From Sinorhizobium meliloti (lineage in GTDB: Bacteria > Pseudomonadota > Alphaproteobacteria > Rhizobiales > Rhizobiaceae), in contig NZ_JAGIOS010000001.1 in NCBI RefSeq assembly GCF_017876815.1, positions 3,300,001-3,332,000 of the forward strand: DNA of 32,000 nt, given 5' to 3'. Within the stretch, counting starts at the first letter, position 1. The number at the start of each line of letters is the position of its first letter. Below the pieces are notes generated by a model, which made no database searches, was not told the origin of the DNA, and saw only the letters and a list, made by a program, of their open reading frames with translations. Shown here one piece after another: positions 1 through 10,416 of the stretch. Position numbers and translations under genes: made by a program.

Positions 1-1
1 C

Positions 2-163
2 GAGGCCGTGGCGGCGACGCTCCTTTCGAACGGCGCGACGCCGGCATTCCGAATGATCAGTCTGCCGGACCAGTTCCTGGATGCCGGAGCGCTGCCGACG
101 CTTCATGAGCGCTACGGAATCTCGACCAAGTCGATGGTGCAGAAAATCCGCAGCTGGCTTTGA
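2..163 (+). CDS. 3' end of a transketolase-family C-terminal subunit gene (truncated by window edge)
   Basis: The frame is open from the window edge to TGA at 161-163. The tail ...MISLPDQFLDAGALPTLHERYGISTKSMVQKIRSWL resembles the C-terminus of split transketolase/DXS-like enzymes (recognition from memory). Confidence 0.55.
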   Translation, partial: EAVAATLLSNGATPAFRMISLPDQFLDAGALPTLHERYGISTKSMVQKIRSWL

Positions 164-237
164 CGCGCCGTTTCGGCGCATTAACCCCTTCGCTCCGGCG
201 ATCTGCGCCGGACCTTCCGGAAAACAGGAGAATTTCA

Positions 238-996
238 ATGGGAACCGCTCTACTCGAGGGGAATTTTGCCGTGATCACCGGTGCTGCATCCAGGCGCGGC
301 CTGGGCAAGGCCACCGCCAGGCTTTTCGCCGAACATGGCGCCACGGTCGCCATTCTCGACCTTGACGAGGCCGATGCCAGGGAGGCGGCCGCCAGCCTCG
401 GTCCCCGGCATGTCGGCATGGCATGTAATGTGACCGACCTCGCGAGCGTTCGCACCGTCATGGATGCCTTGGTTTCGCAATGGGGCCGGATCGACATCCT
501 CGTGAACAATGCGGGGATCACCCAGCCGCTGAAGATCATGGAGATCGCGCCGGAGAACTACGATGCCGTGCTCGACGTGAACCTGCGCGGCACGCTTTAC
601 TGCAGCCAGGCGGTGATCCCTCATATGCGATCGCGCAAACAGGGCAAGATCGTCAACCTTTCCTCGGTCTCCGCGCAGCGCGGCGGCGGTATATTCGGCG
701 GTCCACACTATTCCGCCGCCAAGGCGGGCGTCCTCGGCCTGACGAAAGCGATGGCCCGCGAGTTGGCACCCGACAATGTGAGGGTCAACGCGATCTGCCC
801 CGGTTTCATCGCGACCGACATCACGGGCGGCCTGCTGACGCCGGAGAAACTGGAGGAAATCAAGGCGGGCATTCCCATGGGGCGCCCGGGAACCGCGGAT
901 GATGTGGCCGGTTGCGCGCTCTTCCTCGCCTCCGACCTTTCGGCTTACGTCACCGGCTCGGAAGTCGACGTGAACGGCGGCTCGCTGATCCATTGA
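238..996 (+). CDS. SDR family oxidoreductase (3-oxoacyl-ACP reductase-like)
   Basis: ATG at 238 is preceded by AGGAG. It has an N-terminal TGAASRRGLG Rossmann motif, NNAG, and the catalytic S...YxxxK (YSAAK). The longer track ORF from 160 lacks an RBS. Confidence 0.85.
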   Translation: MGTALLEGNFAVITGAASRRGLGKATARLFAEHGATVAILDLDEADAREAAASLGPRHVGMACNVTDLASVRTVMDALVSQWGRIDILVNNAGITQPLKIMEIAPENYDAVLDVNLRGTLYCSQAVIPHMRSRKQGKIVNLSSVSAQRGGGIFGGPHYSAAKAGVLGLTKAMARELAPDNVRVNAICPGFIATDITGGLLTPEKLEEIKAGIPMGRPGTADDVAGCALFLASDLSAYVTGSEVDVNGGSLIH

Positions 997-1044
997 TCGG
1001 GAAGCGGCGCCTCGGCAGGCACCTTTTAAATTTTGGAGGAGCCC

Positions 1045-1869
1045 ATGAAGCTCGGACTGGGGAGTTATGCCTTCCGCTGGTCGATAGGCATCAAGGATCT
1101 GCAGCCTGTCCGGCCGATGACCGCGATGGAGGTGCTGGAGATCGCCCACGCTCACGGCCTGAGCGTGGTTCAGTATGCCGACAATCTGCCGCTCGACCGC
1201 CTGACTCCCGCCCAGCAACTGGCGCTCAGGGAGCGCGCCGACAGCTACGGTATGGCGCTGGAGCTTGGTACGCAGAGCTTCGACGCGGAGGAACTCGGCC
1301 GCTATATCCCGATCGGCGAGCGGATCGGTTCCGGAATCCTGCGCGTCGCGCTTGATGCCGCCGATGCGCAGATTCCCGTGCACGAACTGGCTGCCCAGAT
1401 CCGGGAGATACTCCCGGACGGGAAACGGTCAGGCCTGCGCTTCGCCATCGAGAACCACTTCAACTATCCCTCTCCGCGAATGGTGGACTTGCTGGAGGCT
1501 GTTGCGGACGAATCACTCGGGGTCTGTCTGGACGTGGCAAATTCGATCTGTGCCGGCGAGTGGCCCATGACGACGATCCGGATGCTGGCGCCCTACACGA
1601 TCAACCTGCATCTGAAGGACTACCGGATTACCCCCGATCCCTATGGCGTCGGCTTCCGTATCCATGGCACGCCGCTTGGCGAGGGCCGGGCGGAGATCGA
1701 GGAAATCCTCGCGTGCCTGTCGCATTGCCCGGACGACATGAGTTGCATTCTCGAGCACTGGCTGCCGCAGACGGAGGACATGGAGGCAACCCGCAGGCTG
1801 GAGCACGAGTGGCTCGGCCGGACCGTTGCGGCTGCCAGGCGACTGATACCCGGTGACCATAGGGCCTAG
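1045..1869 (+). CDS. sugar phosphate isomerase/epimerase (xylose-isomerase-like TIM barrel)
   Basis: ATG at 1045 follows GGAGGAG. The ~274-aa product has the family-typical pattern (...LRVALD..., ENH, CLDVAN, HLKD). Confidence 0.7.
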   Translation: MKLGLGSYAFRWSIGIKDLQPVRPMTAMEVLEIAHAHGLSVVQYADNLPLDRLTPAQQLALRERADSYGMALELGTQSFDAEELGRYIPIGERIGSGILRVALDAADAQIPVHELAAQIREILPDGKRSGLRFAIENHFNYPSPRMVDLLEAVADESLGVCLDVANSICAGEWPMTTIRMLAPYTINLHLKDYRITPDPYGVGFRIHGTPLGEGRAEIEEILACLSHCPDDMSCILEHWLPQTEDMEATRRLEHEWLGRTVAAARRLIPGDHRA

Positions 1870-2158
1870 GCTCGAAGATGAGGCCAAGGTTCATATTATG
1901 GACCCGTCTTAACAAGAATTACCTCGTGGTTTCAGTGTCTTGTATGAACGTGTTGCTTGGTGTTTTTCTTTCACCTACAAAATGGACCTGATCGAAAGTC
2001 GCTGCGGAGGGCGACGGACGATCTGGAATGTCGATCCGATGCCGCCATTGGTTTCGGTCGACGCCTCTGGGGAGGAGCTTTGACGCTGTTCGATCCGCCG
2101 TGATGCGCACGAATTGCGCGCGCAACGCAATCGGACGGTTCAAAAGGGAGGAAAGCCG

Positions 2159-4027
2159 ATGACCACCACGACGGAGGGCGTTTCCGAATTCGCCGTGCTC
2201 GCAGAGACGATGGAGGCCCGGCCGGGTTCGCGGCTGATGCGCCCCGTCGAAGCGCTATCCGCCGTTCTGCTTGTGGCGATCATCGCCATGCTGCTCTCCG
2301 GCGTGGCTTTTCGCTATGGCCTGTCGAGACCGATCGTCTGGATCGATGAAGCGGCGTCGATCGCTTTCCTGTGGCTGGCCATGCTGGGTTCGGCCATCGC
2401 GATCGACCGTTGCGAGCATCTGCGTCTGACAATCCTTCTCAATGCTCTCGGCGAAAGGGCGCGGCAGTTCACCGAAACGCTCGGCATGGTCGCCATCATG
2501 TCGTTCCTTCTCGTCCTGCTGCCGGCAGCTTACACCTATGCCGCCGGCGAAATGGACATCACTTCGTCGGCATTGAACATCCCGGCGGGTTATCGCGCCG
2601 CGGCCATTGCAGTCGGCATGGTCCTCATGGTGCTGCTGGCCGTCGCTCAATTGCTCAGAACCGCCAAGCCGCTCGACGTGGTGGTTTCAGTGGCGTTCGT
2701 GCTCGCGGTCGCTTTGGTGCTCTGGTTGCTGACGCCTGCGCTCAGCGCGTTCGGCAACGGCAACATTCTTATCTTTCTCGTCGGCGGTGCCGCCGTCTGC
2801 CTCGCGATGGGCGTTCCGATCGCCTTCTGCTTCGGCATTGCGACGCTTCTGTTTCTCGCCTTCACGACATCGATGCCGCTGGTGGTCATGATCGGCCGCA
2901 TGGATGAGGGCATGTCCAGCCTCATTCTGCTTTCGGTCCCGGTCTTCGTGCTTCTCGGCTGCATTCTGGACGCGACCGGGATGGGCAAGGCGATCGTCGA
3001 TTTCCTTGCCTCCATGCTCGGCCACGTCAAGGCCGGCATGTCCTACGTTCTGTTGGGCTCGCTCTTTCTCGTGTCCGGAATTTCCGGGTCGAAAGTCTCG
3101 GACATGGCAACGGTTGCCCCGGCGCTGTTTCCGGAAATGAAGCGCCGTGGTCACAAGCCGAAGGAGATGATAGCGCTCCTGGCGACCGGGGCCGCCATGG
3201 CCGACACCGTACCGCCGAGCATCGTGCTGATCGTTCTCGGCTCGGTGGCCGGCGTGTCGATCGCGGCGCTGTTCACCAGCGGATTTGCCATCGCACTCGT
3301 GCTGCTGGTCGCGCTTGCCGCGCTTGCACGCATCAAGGCAGCCCGCGAAAATGTCGACGGCGTCGTGCGCCCGTCGCTGAAACGCATCGGCGGCACGGCG
3401 CTGATCGCGGCGCCGGCCCTGGTGCTGCCGTTCATCATCCGCAGCGCCGTCGCGAGCGGTGCGGCGACCGCGACCGAGGTCTCGACCATCGCGGTCGTCT
3501 ACGCCTTCATCATCGGCACTGTCCTTTATGGCGGCATCGGCATGCGGCGAACCTACAGGATGCTGGTCGAGACCGCCGCGATGAGCGGTGCGATCCTCCT
3601 GATCCTCGGTACCGCCGCGGCGATGGCCTGGGCGCTCACCCAGACCGGATTCGCCTTCGAGCTCACCGACATGATGAGCGGCCTGCCGGGTGGATGGTTC
3701 ACCTTCATGCTGGTCTCGATCGCCCTGTTCATGCTGCTCGGCTGCGTGCTCGAAGGCCTCCCTGCGATCGTGCTCCTGGCGCCGATCATGTTTCCGATCG
3801 CGCGTGCGATGGGGATCCATGACGTCCACTATTCCATGGTCATCGTCACCGCGATGAACGTCGGACTGATGGCACCGCCGATCGGCATCGGCTTCTACAT
3901 CGCCTGCAAGATCGGCAACGTTTCGCCCGACGAGGCCATGGGAGCGATCTGGCCCTATATCGGCGCGATGGTGCTCGGCCTCTTGCTGATCGCCGCCGTG
4001 CCCTGGTTCTCGCTCGCATTGCTGTGA
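2159..4027 (+). CDS. TRAP transporter, fused small (DctQ) and large (DctM) permease
   Basis: ATG at 2159 follows AAGGGAGGAA. The product is ~620 aa and highly hydrophobic. A ~190-aa 4-TM N-terminal part is followed by a DctM-like 12-TM part (...GISGSKVSDMATV..., ...MAPPIGIGFY...). Confidence 0.85.
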   Translation: MTTTTEGVSEFAVLAETMEARPGSRLMRPVEALSAVLLVAIIAMLLSGVAFRYGLSRPIVWIDEAASIAFLWLAMLGSAIAIDRCEHLRLTILLNALGERARQFTETLGMVAIMSFLLVLLPAAYTYAAGEMDITSSALNIPAGYRAAAIAVGMVLMVLLAVAQLLRTAKPLDVVVSVAFVLAVALVLWLLTPALSAFGNGNILIFLVGGAAVCLAMGVPIAFCFGIATLLFLAFTTSMPLVVMIGRMDEGMSSLILLSVPVFVLLGCILDATGMGKAIVDFLASMLGHVKAGMSYVLLGSLFLVSGISGSKVSDMATVAPALFPEMKRRGHKPKEMIALLATGAAMADTVPPSIVLIVLGSVAGVSIAALFTSGFAIALVLLVALAALARIKAARENVDGVVRPSLKRIGGTALIAAPALVLPFIIRSAVASGAATATEVSTIAVVYAFIIGTVLYGGIGMRRTYRMLVETAAMSGAILLILGTAAAMAWALTQTGFAFELTDMMSGLPGGWFTFMLVSIALFMLLGCVLEGLPAIVLLAPIMFPIARAMGIHDVHYSMVIVTAMNVGLMAPPIGIGFYIACKIGNVSPDEAMGAIWPYIGAMVLGLLLIAAVPWFSLALL

Positions 4028-4074
4028 GCCCGCCACCCACATTCATCATCGACGATCAGGAGGAGAACAGAGCG

Positions 4075-5085
4075 ATGAAAATGACCCGTAGGACGATGCT
4101 GCTCGGCACCGGAGCAGTGGCGCTTGGGGCTTCGATCCGCACCAAGGCCCATGCAGCGGACTTCACCTATAAGCTGGCAAACAACCTGCCAGTCACCCAT
4201 CCGCTGAACATTCGCCTGAAGGAAGCCGCCGACAAGATCCTGGAGGAGACGGGCGGCCGCCTGAAGATCAACATCTTCCCGAGCAGCCAACTCGGCAACG
4301 ACACCGAAACGCTTTCGCAGCTTCGCAACGGCGCAACCGAGTTCTTCTCGCTTTCACCGCTGATCCTTTCGACCCTGGTGCCCAACGCCGCGATCAGCGG
4401 CATCGGCTTTGCCTTCCCCGACTACGACACCGTCTGGAAGGCAATGGACGGCGAGCTCGGCGCCTATGCGCGCGGCGAGATCGAGAAGAAGGGTCTCGTG
4501 CCCATGGAGAAGATCTGGGACAACGGCTTTCGCCAGATCACCAGTTCGAACAAGCCGATCAACACGCCGGAGGACCTCAAGGGGTTCAAGATCCGCGTTC
4601 CGCCGAGCCCGCTCTGGCAATCCATGTTCACCGCCTTCGGCGCTGCACCGACCACGATCAATTTCGCGGAAGTCTACACGGCGCTCAGCACCGGCACCGT
4701 CGACGGCCAGGAAAACCCGCTGGCCATCGCCTCGACCGCCAAACTCTATGAGGTGCAGAAGCATTGCGCCATGACCAACCATATGTGGGACGGGTTCTGG
4801 ATGCTGGCGAACAAGCAGGCCTGGGAAACCCTGCCGGAAGACATAAGGGAGATTGCCGCCAAGCATCTCAACGAGTCGGCCATCGCCCAGCGCACCGATA
4901 CCGCCAAGGTGAACGACACGGTGCGCGAGCAGCTCACCCAGAGCGGCATGACGTTCACCGACCCGGACAAGGCAGCCTTCCGCGAGACGTTGCGGTCGGC
5001 GGGTTTCTACGCCGAGTGGAAGGGCAAGTTCGGCGACGAGGCCTGGGCCATTCTCGAGAAGGCCGTAGGCACCAGCCTCGGCTGA
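4075..5085 (+). CDS. TRAP transporter substrate-binding protein (DctP family)
   Basis: ATG at 4075 follows AGGAGGAG. It has the signal peptide MKMTRRTMLLGTGAVALGASIRTKAHA and DctP-like motifs (...TGTVDGQENP...). Confidence 0.85.
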   Translation: MKMTRRTMLLGTGAVALGASIRTKAHAADFTYKLANNLPVTHPLNIRLKEAADKILEETGGRLKINIFPSSQLGNDTETLSQLRNGATEFFSLSPLILSTLVPNAAISGIGFAFPDYDTVWKAMDGELGAYARGEIEKKGLVPMEKIWDNGFRQITSSNKPINTPEDLKGFKIRVPPSPLWQSMFTAFGAAPTTINFAEVYTALSTGTVDGQENPLAIASTAKLYEVQKHCAMTNHMWDGFWMLANKQAWETLPEDIREIAAKHLNESAIAQRTDTAKVNDTVREQLTQSGMTFTDPDKAAFRETLRSAGFYAEWKGKFGDEAWAILEKAVGTSLG

Positions 5086-5187
5086 CCACCTGAGCATGAC
5101 GAGGCGGGCGGCCGTTCACCCGGCCGTTCGCCGACCGATGCAGCGACGCGGCGCGTACGAGCGTGTGGCGCCTTCCGAGGTTTCGAA

Positions 5188-5991
5188 GTGGCAGACCGTC
5201 TCAAGGGAAAATCGGCAATCGTCTTCGGCGCAGGTTCCTCAGGCCCCGGCTGGGGCAACGGCAAGGCTGCCGCCGTGCTTTATGCGCGTGAGGGCGCCAG
5301 GGTCGCCTGTGTCGACGTCGACATGGAGGCGGCCGAGGAAACGGCGGCAATCATCGCGTCGGAAGGTGGGCAAGCCGTAGCCATCGCTGCAGACGTCACC
5401 GCTCTCGCATCTGTCGAGGCGGCCGTCGCGGCCGCACGGCAGGCATTCGGCATCATTTCCATTCTGCACAACAATGTGGGCGTCACGCATATGGGCGGAC
5501 CGGTCGAGTTGTCGGAAGCGCAGTTCCAACAATCCGTGGATCTCAATCTCGGCTCGGTGTTCCGCACCGCCAAGGCTGTCATCCCGCACATGATCGAAGC
5601 CGGCGGTGGCGCCGTCGTCAACATCTCGTCGCTCGCCGGCATCCGGTGGACCGGCTATCCCTATTTCGCCTATTACGCGACAAAAGCGGCGGTCAACCAG
5701 GCGACGGTCGCGATCGCGGCTCAATATGCGCCGCACGGGATCCGCGCGAACTGTGTCGTCCCCGGCTTGATCGACACGCCTCTGATCTACAAGCAGATCT
5801 CCTCGCAATACGCCTCTGCCGAGGAAATGGTGGCAGCCCGCAACGCGGCGCTTCCGGGCGGGCGCATGGGTGATGCCTGGGATGTCGCCAATGCAGCGCT
5901 TTTCCTTGCCTCCGACGAAGCGAAATTCATTACCGGCGTTTGTCTGCCGGTCGATGGCGGCCAGAGCTGCACGATCATGGGGGTACACTGA
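5188..5991 (+). CDS. SDR family oxidoreductase
   Basis: GTG start. It carries GAGSSGPGWGNG (an extended glycine motif), NNVG, and S...YxxxK (YYATK). Confidence 0.8.
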   Translation: MADRLKGKSAIVFGAGSSGPGWGNGKAAAVLYAREGARVACVDVDMEAAEETAAIIASEGGQAVAIAADVTALASVEAAVAAARQAFGIISILHNNVGVTHMGGPVELSEAQFQQSVDLNLGSVFRTAKAVIPHMIEAGGGAVVNISSLAGIRWTGYPYFAYYATKAAVNQATVAIAAQYAPHGIRANCVVPGLIDTPLIYKQISSQYASAEEMVAARNAALPGGRMGDAWDVANAALFLASDEAKFITGVCLPVDGGQSCTIMGVH

Positions 5992-5994
5992 AAC

Positions 5995-6843
5995 ATGGGC
6001 GACCCGGCCGACAGGGACATGACCGGTTCGCAGAGCGTCGATCGTGCGGCGAAGCTCCTGTCGCTGGTTGGCCGGCAGTTGGACGGCATGTCCCTGAGCG
6101 CCGTCGTCGAGAAGAGCGGTCTCAACAAACCTACGGTTCGCCGCCTCCTGCTCGCCCTGATCAGGGCCGGTCTCCTGGAGCAGGACGACCGCGACCGGCG
6201 CTACTATATCGGCGAAGAAGCCTATGTGCTCGGAACCCTCGCATCGACCCGGCACGGGCTCCTGCGCCTCGCGACGGAAAGCCTGCATCGCCTGGCGCAG
6301 AAGACCAGCGACTCCTGTTTTCTCTCCGTGCGCCGCGGAGCGTCGTCGGTCTGTCTCCACCGCGAGGAGGGGAGCTTTCCGATCCGCACCCACGCGCTCC
6401 AGGCGGGCTTCGTGCATCCGCTGGGCGTCGGCGCCGGCTCTCTGGCCATGCTGGCCGCCTTGCCGGACGAGGAGGTTTCGTCCGTGCTGGAGCAGAATGC
6501 CGCCGTGCTCGAGGAGCAGTTTCCGATGCTTGCGCCGGACGAGCTGCGCCGGCGCGTCGAACTCACCCGCGCTCAGGGCCATGCGGTCAATCCCGGCCTT
6601 ATCCTCACCAACTCCTGGGGTGTGGGCGTCGCAATCCGCTATCCCGACGGCGGCGTCGCCGGGGCCATCAGCATTGCCGCCATCGACAGCCGCATGCAGG
6701 AGCCGCGGCAGAGCGAGCTGGCAGCTCTTCTCAGGCAGGAAGCGTCACGCATCGAAAGCAAGCTCGCCGAGCAGTTCCGCGACCGCGGGACGCGACACAT
6801 AGCCTCCATTGCAAGACCTCTCAAAAGGAGATTGTCCAGATGA
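5995..6843 (+). CDS. IclR family transcriptional regulator
   Basis: It has an N-terminal wHTH (SVDRAAKLLSLV...MSLSAVVEKSGLNKPTVRRLLLALIRAGLL) and a C-terminal IclR effector domain. Its stop overlaps the next start (ATGA at 6840-6843). A start at the internal ATG 6019 is possible. Confidence 0.85.
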   Translation: MGDPADRDMTGSQSVDRAAKLLSLVGRQLDGMSLSAVVEKSGLNKPTVRRLLLALIRAGLLEQDDRDRRYYIGEEAYVLGTLASTRHGLLRLATESLHRLAQKTSDSCFLSVRRGASSVCLHREEGSFPIRTHALQAGFVHPLGVGAGSLAMLAALPDEEVSSVLEQNAAVLEEQFPMLAPDELRRRVELTRAQGHAVNPGLILTNSWGVGVAIRYPDGGVAGAISIAAIDSRMQEPRQSELAALLRQEASRIESKLAEQFRDRGTRHIASIARPLKRRLSR

Positions 6844-8009
6844 CCAAGGCGCAGATCGTAGGCTGGGCCCACTCCCAGTTCGGCAAGACCGACCACGCGG
6901 ACACAGAGGCGCTGATGGCCGCGGTTGCGGCGCCGGCACTTGCCCATGCCGGTCTTGCCGCCTCGGATGTCGACGGCATCTTTGTCGGAGTCATGAATGG
7001 CGGCTTCTCCAAGCAGGAGTTTCAGGGCGCACTTGTCGGCATGACCGACGAGGCGCTCGCTCATGTCCCGTCCGTGCGCCTCGAAAACGCCTGCGCGACA
7101 GGCTCGGCGGCGATCTATACCGCGATGGATTTCATCGAGGCCGGCCGCGGCCGCATCGCGCTCGTCATCGGCGCCGAAAAAATGACCGCCGTTCCGACGG
7201 CAGAGGTCGGCGACATCCTTCTGGGCGGCAGCTACAGGAAAGAGGAGGCCGACGTCGAAGGCGGTTTTGCGGGCGTCTTCGGCCGCATTGCACAGCATTA
7301 CTTCCAGCGTTACGGCGATCGTTCCGAGGAACTTGCGATGATCGCGGCCAAGAACCACGCGAACGGCGTAGCCAACCCTTACGCGCATATGCGCAGGGAT
7401 TTCGGTTTTGCGTTCTGCAACACCGTTTCCGAGAAGAATCCGATCGTCGCGGCTCCCTTGCGCCGCACCGACTGCTCGCTCGTATCGGACGGGGCGGCAG
7501 CCCTCGTGCTCGCCGACGCGGACACGGCTGCGACGCTGCAGCGGGCAATCGCCTTCCGGGCCCGCAGCCACGTCAACGACGTGTTTGCGCTCAGCCGCCG
7601 GGACATGCTGGAATTCGACGGGCCACGGCGGGCATGGAAAGCGGCCCTTTCCATGGCCGGCGCCACGCTGGGCGATCTCTCCTTCGTCGAGACGCATGAC
7701 TGCTTCACCATAGCCGAGATGATCGAATACGAGGCGATGGGCCTGACCGCACCCGGCGAAGGCTACCGTGCGATCCGCGACGGCACCACCACCAGAAGCG
7801 GAAGCTTGCCGGTCAATCCCTCCGGCGGCTTGAAATCGAAGGGTCATCCGATCGGTGCGACGGGGGTCTCGATGCATGTCATCTCCGCCATGCAGCTTAT
7901 GGAGGAGGCGGGCGAAATGCAGATCCCCGGCGCCGGTCTCGCCGGTATCTTCAACATGGGCGGCGCTGCCGTCGCAAACTATGTCTCCATCCTGGAACGG
8001 GCGAAATGA
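6840..8009 (+). CDS. thiolase-like protein (SCP-x / non-condensing thiolase type acetyl-CoA acetyltransferase family)
   Basis: ATG at 6840 follows AAAAGGAG. The sequence includes MTKAQIVGWAHSQFGK..., NACATGSAA (active-site Cys), ETHDCF and GGLKSKGHPIGATG. The upstream part of the 689-aa track ORF is an out-of-frame shadow of iclR. Confidence 0.8.
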   Translation: MTKAQIVGWAHSQFGKTDHADTEALMAAVAAPALAHAGLAASDVDGIFVGVMNGGFSKQEFQGALVGMTDEALAHVPSVRLENACATGSAAIYTAMDFIEAGRGRIALVIGAEKMTAVPTAEVGDILLGGSYRKEEADVEGGFAGVFGRIAQHYFQRYGDRSEELAMIAAKNHANGVANPYAHMRRDFGFAFCNTVSEKNPIVAAPLRRTDCSLVSDGAAALVLADADTAATLQRAIAFRARSHVNDVFALSRRDMLEFDGPRRAWKAALSMAGATLGDLSFVETHDCFTIAEMIEYEAMGLTAPGEGYRAIRDGTTTRSGSLPVNPSGGLKSKGHPIGATGVSMHVISAMQLMEEAGEMQIPGAGLAGIFNMGGAAVANYVSILERAK

Positions 8010-9655
8010 CGAACAACGAACCCAAGGGCGGCGTCACCCCTGTTTCGACGCGGGTCATGAACCTTGCCAATTTCCTTTCGCAGGCAGCGAGACGCAATCC
8101 GGACGAAATCGCCCTCGTTCACGGCGACCGCCGGTGGCGCTGGAGCGAGATGGAGGCGCGGGTCGACGCCATGGCATATGCGCTCGTTCATGAGTTCGGC
8201 GTGCGTAAGGGAGATCGGATTCTCGTCCACTCCGCCAATTGCAACCAGATGTTCGAGTCCATGTTCGCGGCTTTCAGAGCAGGTGCGGTCTGGGTTCCCA
8301 CGAATTTCCGGCAATTGCCGGAGGAGGTAGCCTATCTTGCCGAATCGAGCGGTGCCAGGCTGGTGATATTCCAGGCCGCCTTCGAGGCTCATGCCGAAGC
8401 ATGTCGGGCGGCGGGCGAGCAGATCGGATCATGCATCCCGATCGGCTCGTCACGGGTCGGCGAAGACTATGACGCGATCGTTGCGCGCAATCTTGGAAGG
8501 TCGGTTTCGCCTGTTGCCGTCGATCGCGATGATCCATGCTGGTATTTCTATACGTCCGGTACCACCGGCCGACCCAAGGCTGCCGTGCTGACGCACGGGC
8601 AAATGGCCTTCGTCATCAACAACCATATCGGCGATCTCTTTCCGGCTACGACCCATCGCGACCGGTCGATCGTCGTTGCGCCGCTGTCGCACGGCGCCGG
8701 GATCCATCAGCTGTGCCAGGTCGCAAGGGGCGCAACCACCATCCTCTTGCCATCCGAGAAGCTCGACATACCGCAGTTCTGGGCCCTAGTCGAAAAATGG
8801 AGGGTCAACAACCTCTTCGCCGTACCGACTATCGTAAAGCTGCTCATCGAGGACCCGTCGGTCGATCGATACGACCACTCGTCGCTGCGCTATGTCATCT
8901 ATGCCGGCGCACCGATGTACCGTGCCGACCAGAAAAAGGCGCTGGAAAAGCTCGGCGCCGTGCTGGTGCAGTATTTCGGTCTCGGCGAAGTGACGGGAGC
9001 GATCACCGTCCTGCCGCCCGCCTTCCACAGCTCGGAGGACGGCCCGGATGCGCGTATCGGCACATGCGGCTTCGAACGGACGGGCATGCAGCTGCAGATC
9101 CAGGACGAAGACGGCAACGAAGTCCCGGCGGGCGCAACCGGCGAGATCTGCGTGATCGGCCCGGCGGTGTTTGCCGGCTATTACCGGAACCCGGAGGCCA
9201 ACGCGAAAGCGTTCCGCAACGGCTGGTTTCGTACAGGCGACCTTGGCCATGTCGATGCGCAGGGCTTCCTCTACATCACCGGCCGCGCCTCCGATATGTA
9301 CATCTCCGGCGGGTCCAACGTCTATCCGCGCGAGATCGAGGAAAAGCTCTTGATGCATCCGGATATCAGCGAGGCGGCGATCGTCGGCGTTCCCGATCCG
9401 GTCTGGGGAGAGGTCGGCATCGCGGTTTGCGTCGCACGTGGCGGTGCGACGGTCGGCGCGGCGGCTCTGAGGGAATGGCTGGACGGGAAGATTGCCCGCT
9501 ACAAGCTTCCGAAGAAGATCGTGTTCTGGTCCGAAATGCCAAAATCGGCCTATGGCAAGATCACCAAGAAGTTGATCCGCGAGGAACTCGAACGGCGTGG
9601 CGAACTGGATATCGGTTCCGCTGGCATCGGAGAGCGCAGGAGTGCTGCCCCGTGA
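8006..9655 (+). CDS. AMP-dependent acyl-CoA synthetase/ligase
   Basis: ATGA overlap with the thiolase stop. It has the AMP-binding signature YTSGTTGRPKA, plus GEICV..., WFRTGD and a C-terminal YKLPKK. Confidence 0.88.
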   Translation: MTNNEPKGGVTPVSTRVMNLANFLSQAARRNPDEIALVHGDRRWRWSEMEARVDAMAYALVHEFGVRKGDRILVHSANCNQMFESMFAAFRAGAVWVPTNFRQLPEEVAYLAESSGARLVIFQAAFEAHAEACRAAGEQIGSCIPIGSSRVGEDYDAIVARNLGRSVSPVAVDRDDPCWYFYTSGTTGRPKAAVLTHGQMAFVINNHIGDLFPATTHRDRSIVVAPLSHGAGIHQLCQVARGATTILLPSEKLDIPQFWALVEKWRVNNLFAVPTIVKLLIEDPSVDRYDHSSLRYVIYAGAPMYRADQKKALEKLGAVLVQYFGLGEVTGAITVLPPAFHSSEDGPDARIGTCGFERTGMQLQIQDEDGNEVPAGATGEICVIGPAVFAGYYRNPEANAKAFRNGWFRTGDLGHVDAQGFLYITGRASDMYISGGSNVYPREIEEKLLMHPDISEAAIVGVPDPVWGEVGIAVCVARGGATVGAAALREWLDGKIARYKLPKKIVFWSEMPKSAYGKITKKLIREELERRGELDIGSAGIGERRSAAP

Positions 9656-9663
9656 GCGATGGA

Positions 9664-10416
9664 ATGAAATCCGTGCTCATCACGGGAGGCGCCTCCGGTA
9701 TCGGCCTCGAAATAGCGAGGCTTCTGCACGAGCGCGGCTGGAGGGTCTACCTGATGGATCGCAATGCCGATGCGCTGGCGGACGCATGCCGCGCGATCCC
9801 GATCGATCCCGCCCAGGCAATCGCCTGCAGCGTGACGGATGAAAAGGAGGTCGAATCGGCCATCGCGACGGCCGCGGCGGCGGGCGCACCGCTGCGGGCG
9901 GTCATCAATTCGGCCGGCATCGCAATGGACAGGCCTGCCGTCGAGACCAGCGTCGACGATTTCCGCCGCATTCTGGACGTCAATCTGACCGGCACGTTCA
10001 TCGTCTGCCGCGAGGCGGCGCGTCATTGGCTGGCGACGGCCACCCCCGGTGCAATCGTCAACATCTCCTCCGTATCCGGCCTTGTCGGCAACAAGGGACG
10101 CGCCGCCTATGGCGCCTCCAAAGGCGCGGTCAACCTGCTCACTTACATTCTCGCGACCGAGCTCGGACAGGATGGAATTCGCGTCAACGCCATCGCTCCC
10201 GGTGCAATCGACACGCCTTTGTCGCGCGCCGTCCATACGGATGACGTGCGTGCGCAATGGCACGAGCGCATCCCCCAGCGCCGCTACGGTTCATCGCGGG
10301 AAATCGCGGCCAGTGCGGCGTTCCTGATCTCGGAGGAGGCGAGCTATATCAACGGCCAGATCCTGGCGGTCGATGGAGGGTTCGTCAACGCCGGTCTGGC
10401 TTTGAAAGGACGATGA
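9664..10416 (+). CDS. SDR family oxidoreductase
   Basis: MKSVLITGGASGIGLEIA..., NSAG, S...YxxxK (YGASK). An alternative GTG at 9652 would overlap the ligase stop (GTGA). Confidence 0.85.
   Translation: MKSVLITGGASGIGLEIARLLHERGWRVYLMDRNADALADACRAIPIDPAQAIACSVTDEKEVESAIATAAAAGAPLRAVINSAGIAMDRPAVETSVDDFRRILDVNLTGTFIVCREAARHWLATATPGAIVNISSVSGLVGNKGRAAYGASKGAVNLLTYILATELGQDGIRVNAIAPGAIDTPLSRAVHTDDVRAQWHERIPQRRYGSSREIAASAAFLISEEASYINGQILAVDGGFVNAGLALKGR

Noticed and set aside
250-1383. Long antisense or alternate-frame ORFs throughout the window. Examples are 250-1383(-), 2687-4042(-), 5239-6582(-), 6639-7877(-), 19223-20407(-), 25126-26445(-), 28544-29590(-) and 30450-31721(-).
   Set aside because: They overlap ORFs with clear family motifs on the other strand or frame. 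Their translations are Arg/Gly/Pro/His-rich, low-complexity and junk-like, as is typical of shadow ORFs in high-GC DNA. They have no SD sequences.
1870-2158. AT-rich 290-bp spacer before the TRAP genes, including the 74-aa minus-strand ORF 1919-2143.
   Set aside because: The ORF has no SD and an implausible composition. The region is most simply a promoter/regulatory spacer, and I could not identify a specific motif.
5940-6839. N-terminal extensions of the track ORFs 5940-8009 (689 aa), 8536-10416 (626 aa), 26656-28341 (561 aa) and 10257-11270.
   Set aside because: The extensions run out of frame through upstream genes and are Arg/Pro-rich. Internal starts with an SD or with ATGA/TGATG coupling give proteins of normal family length.
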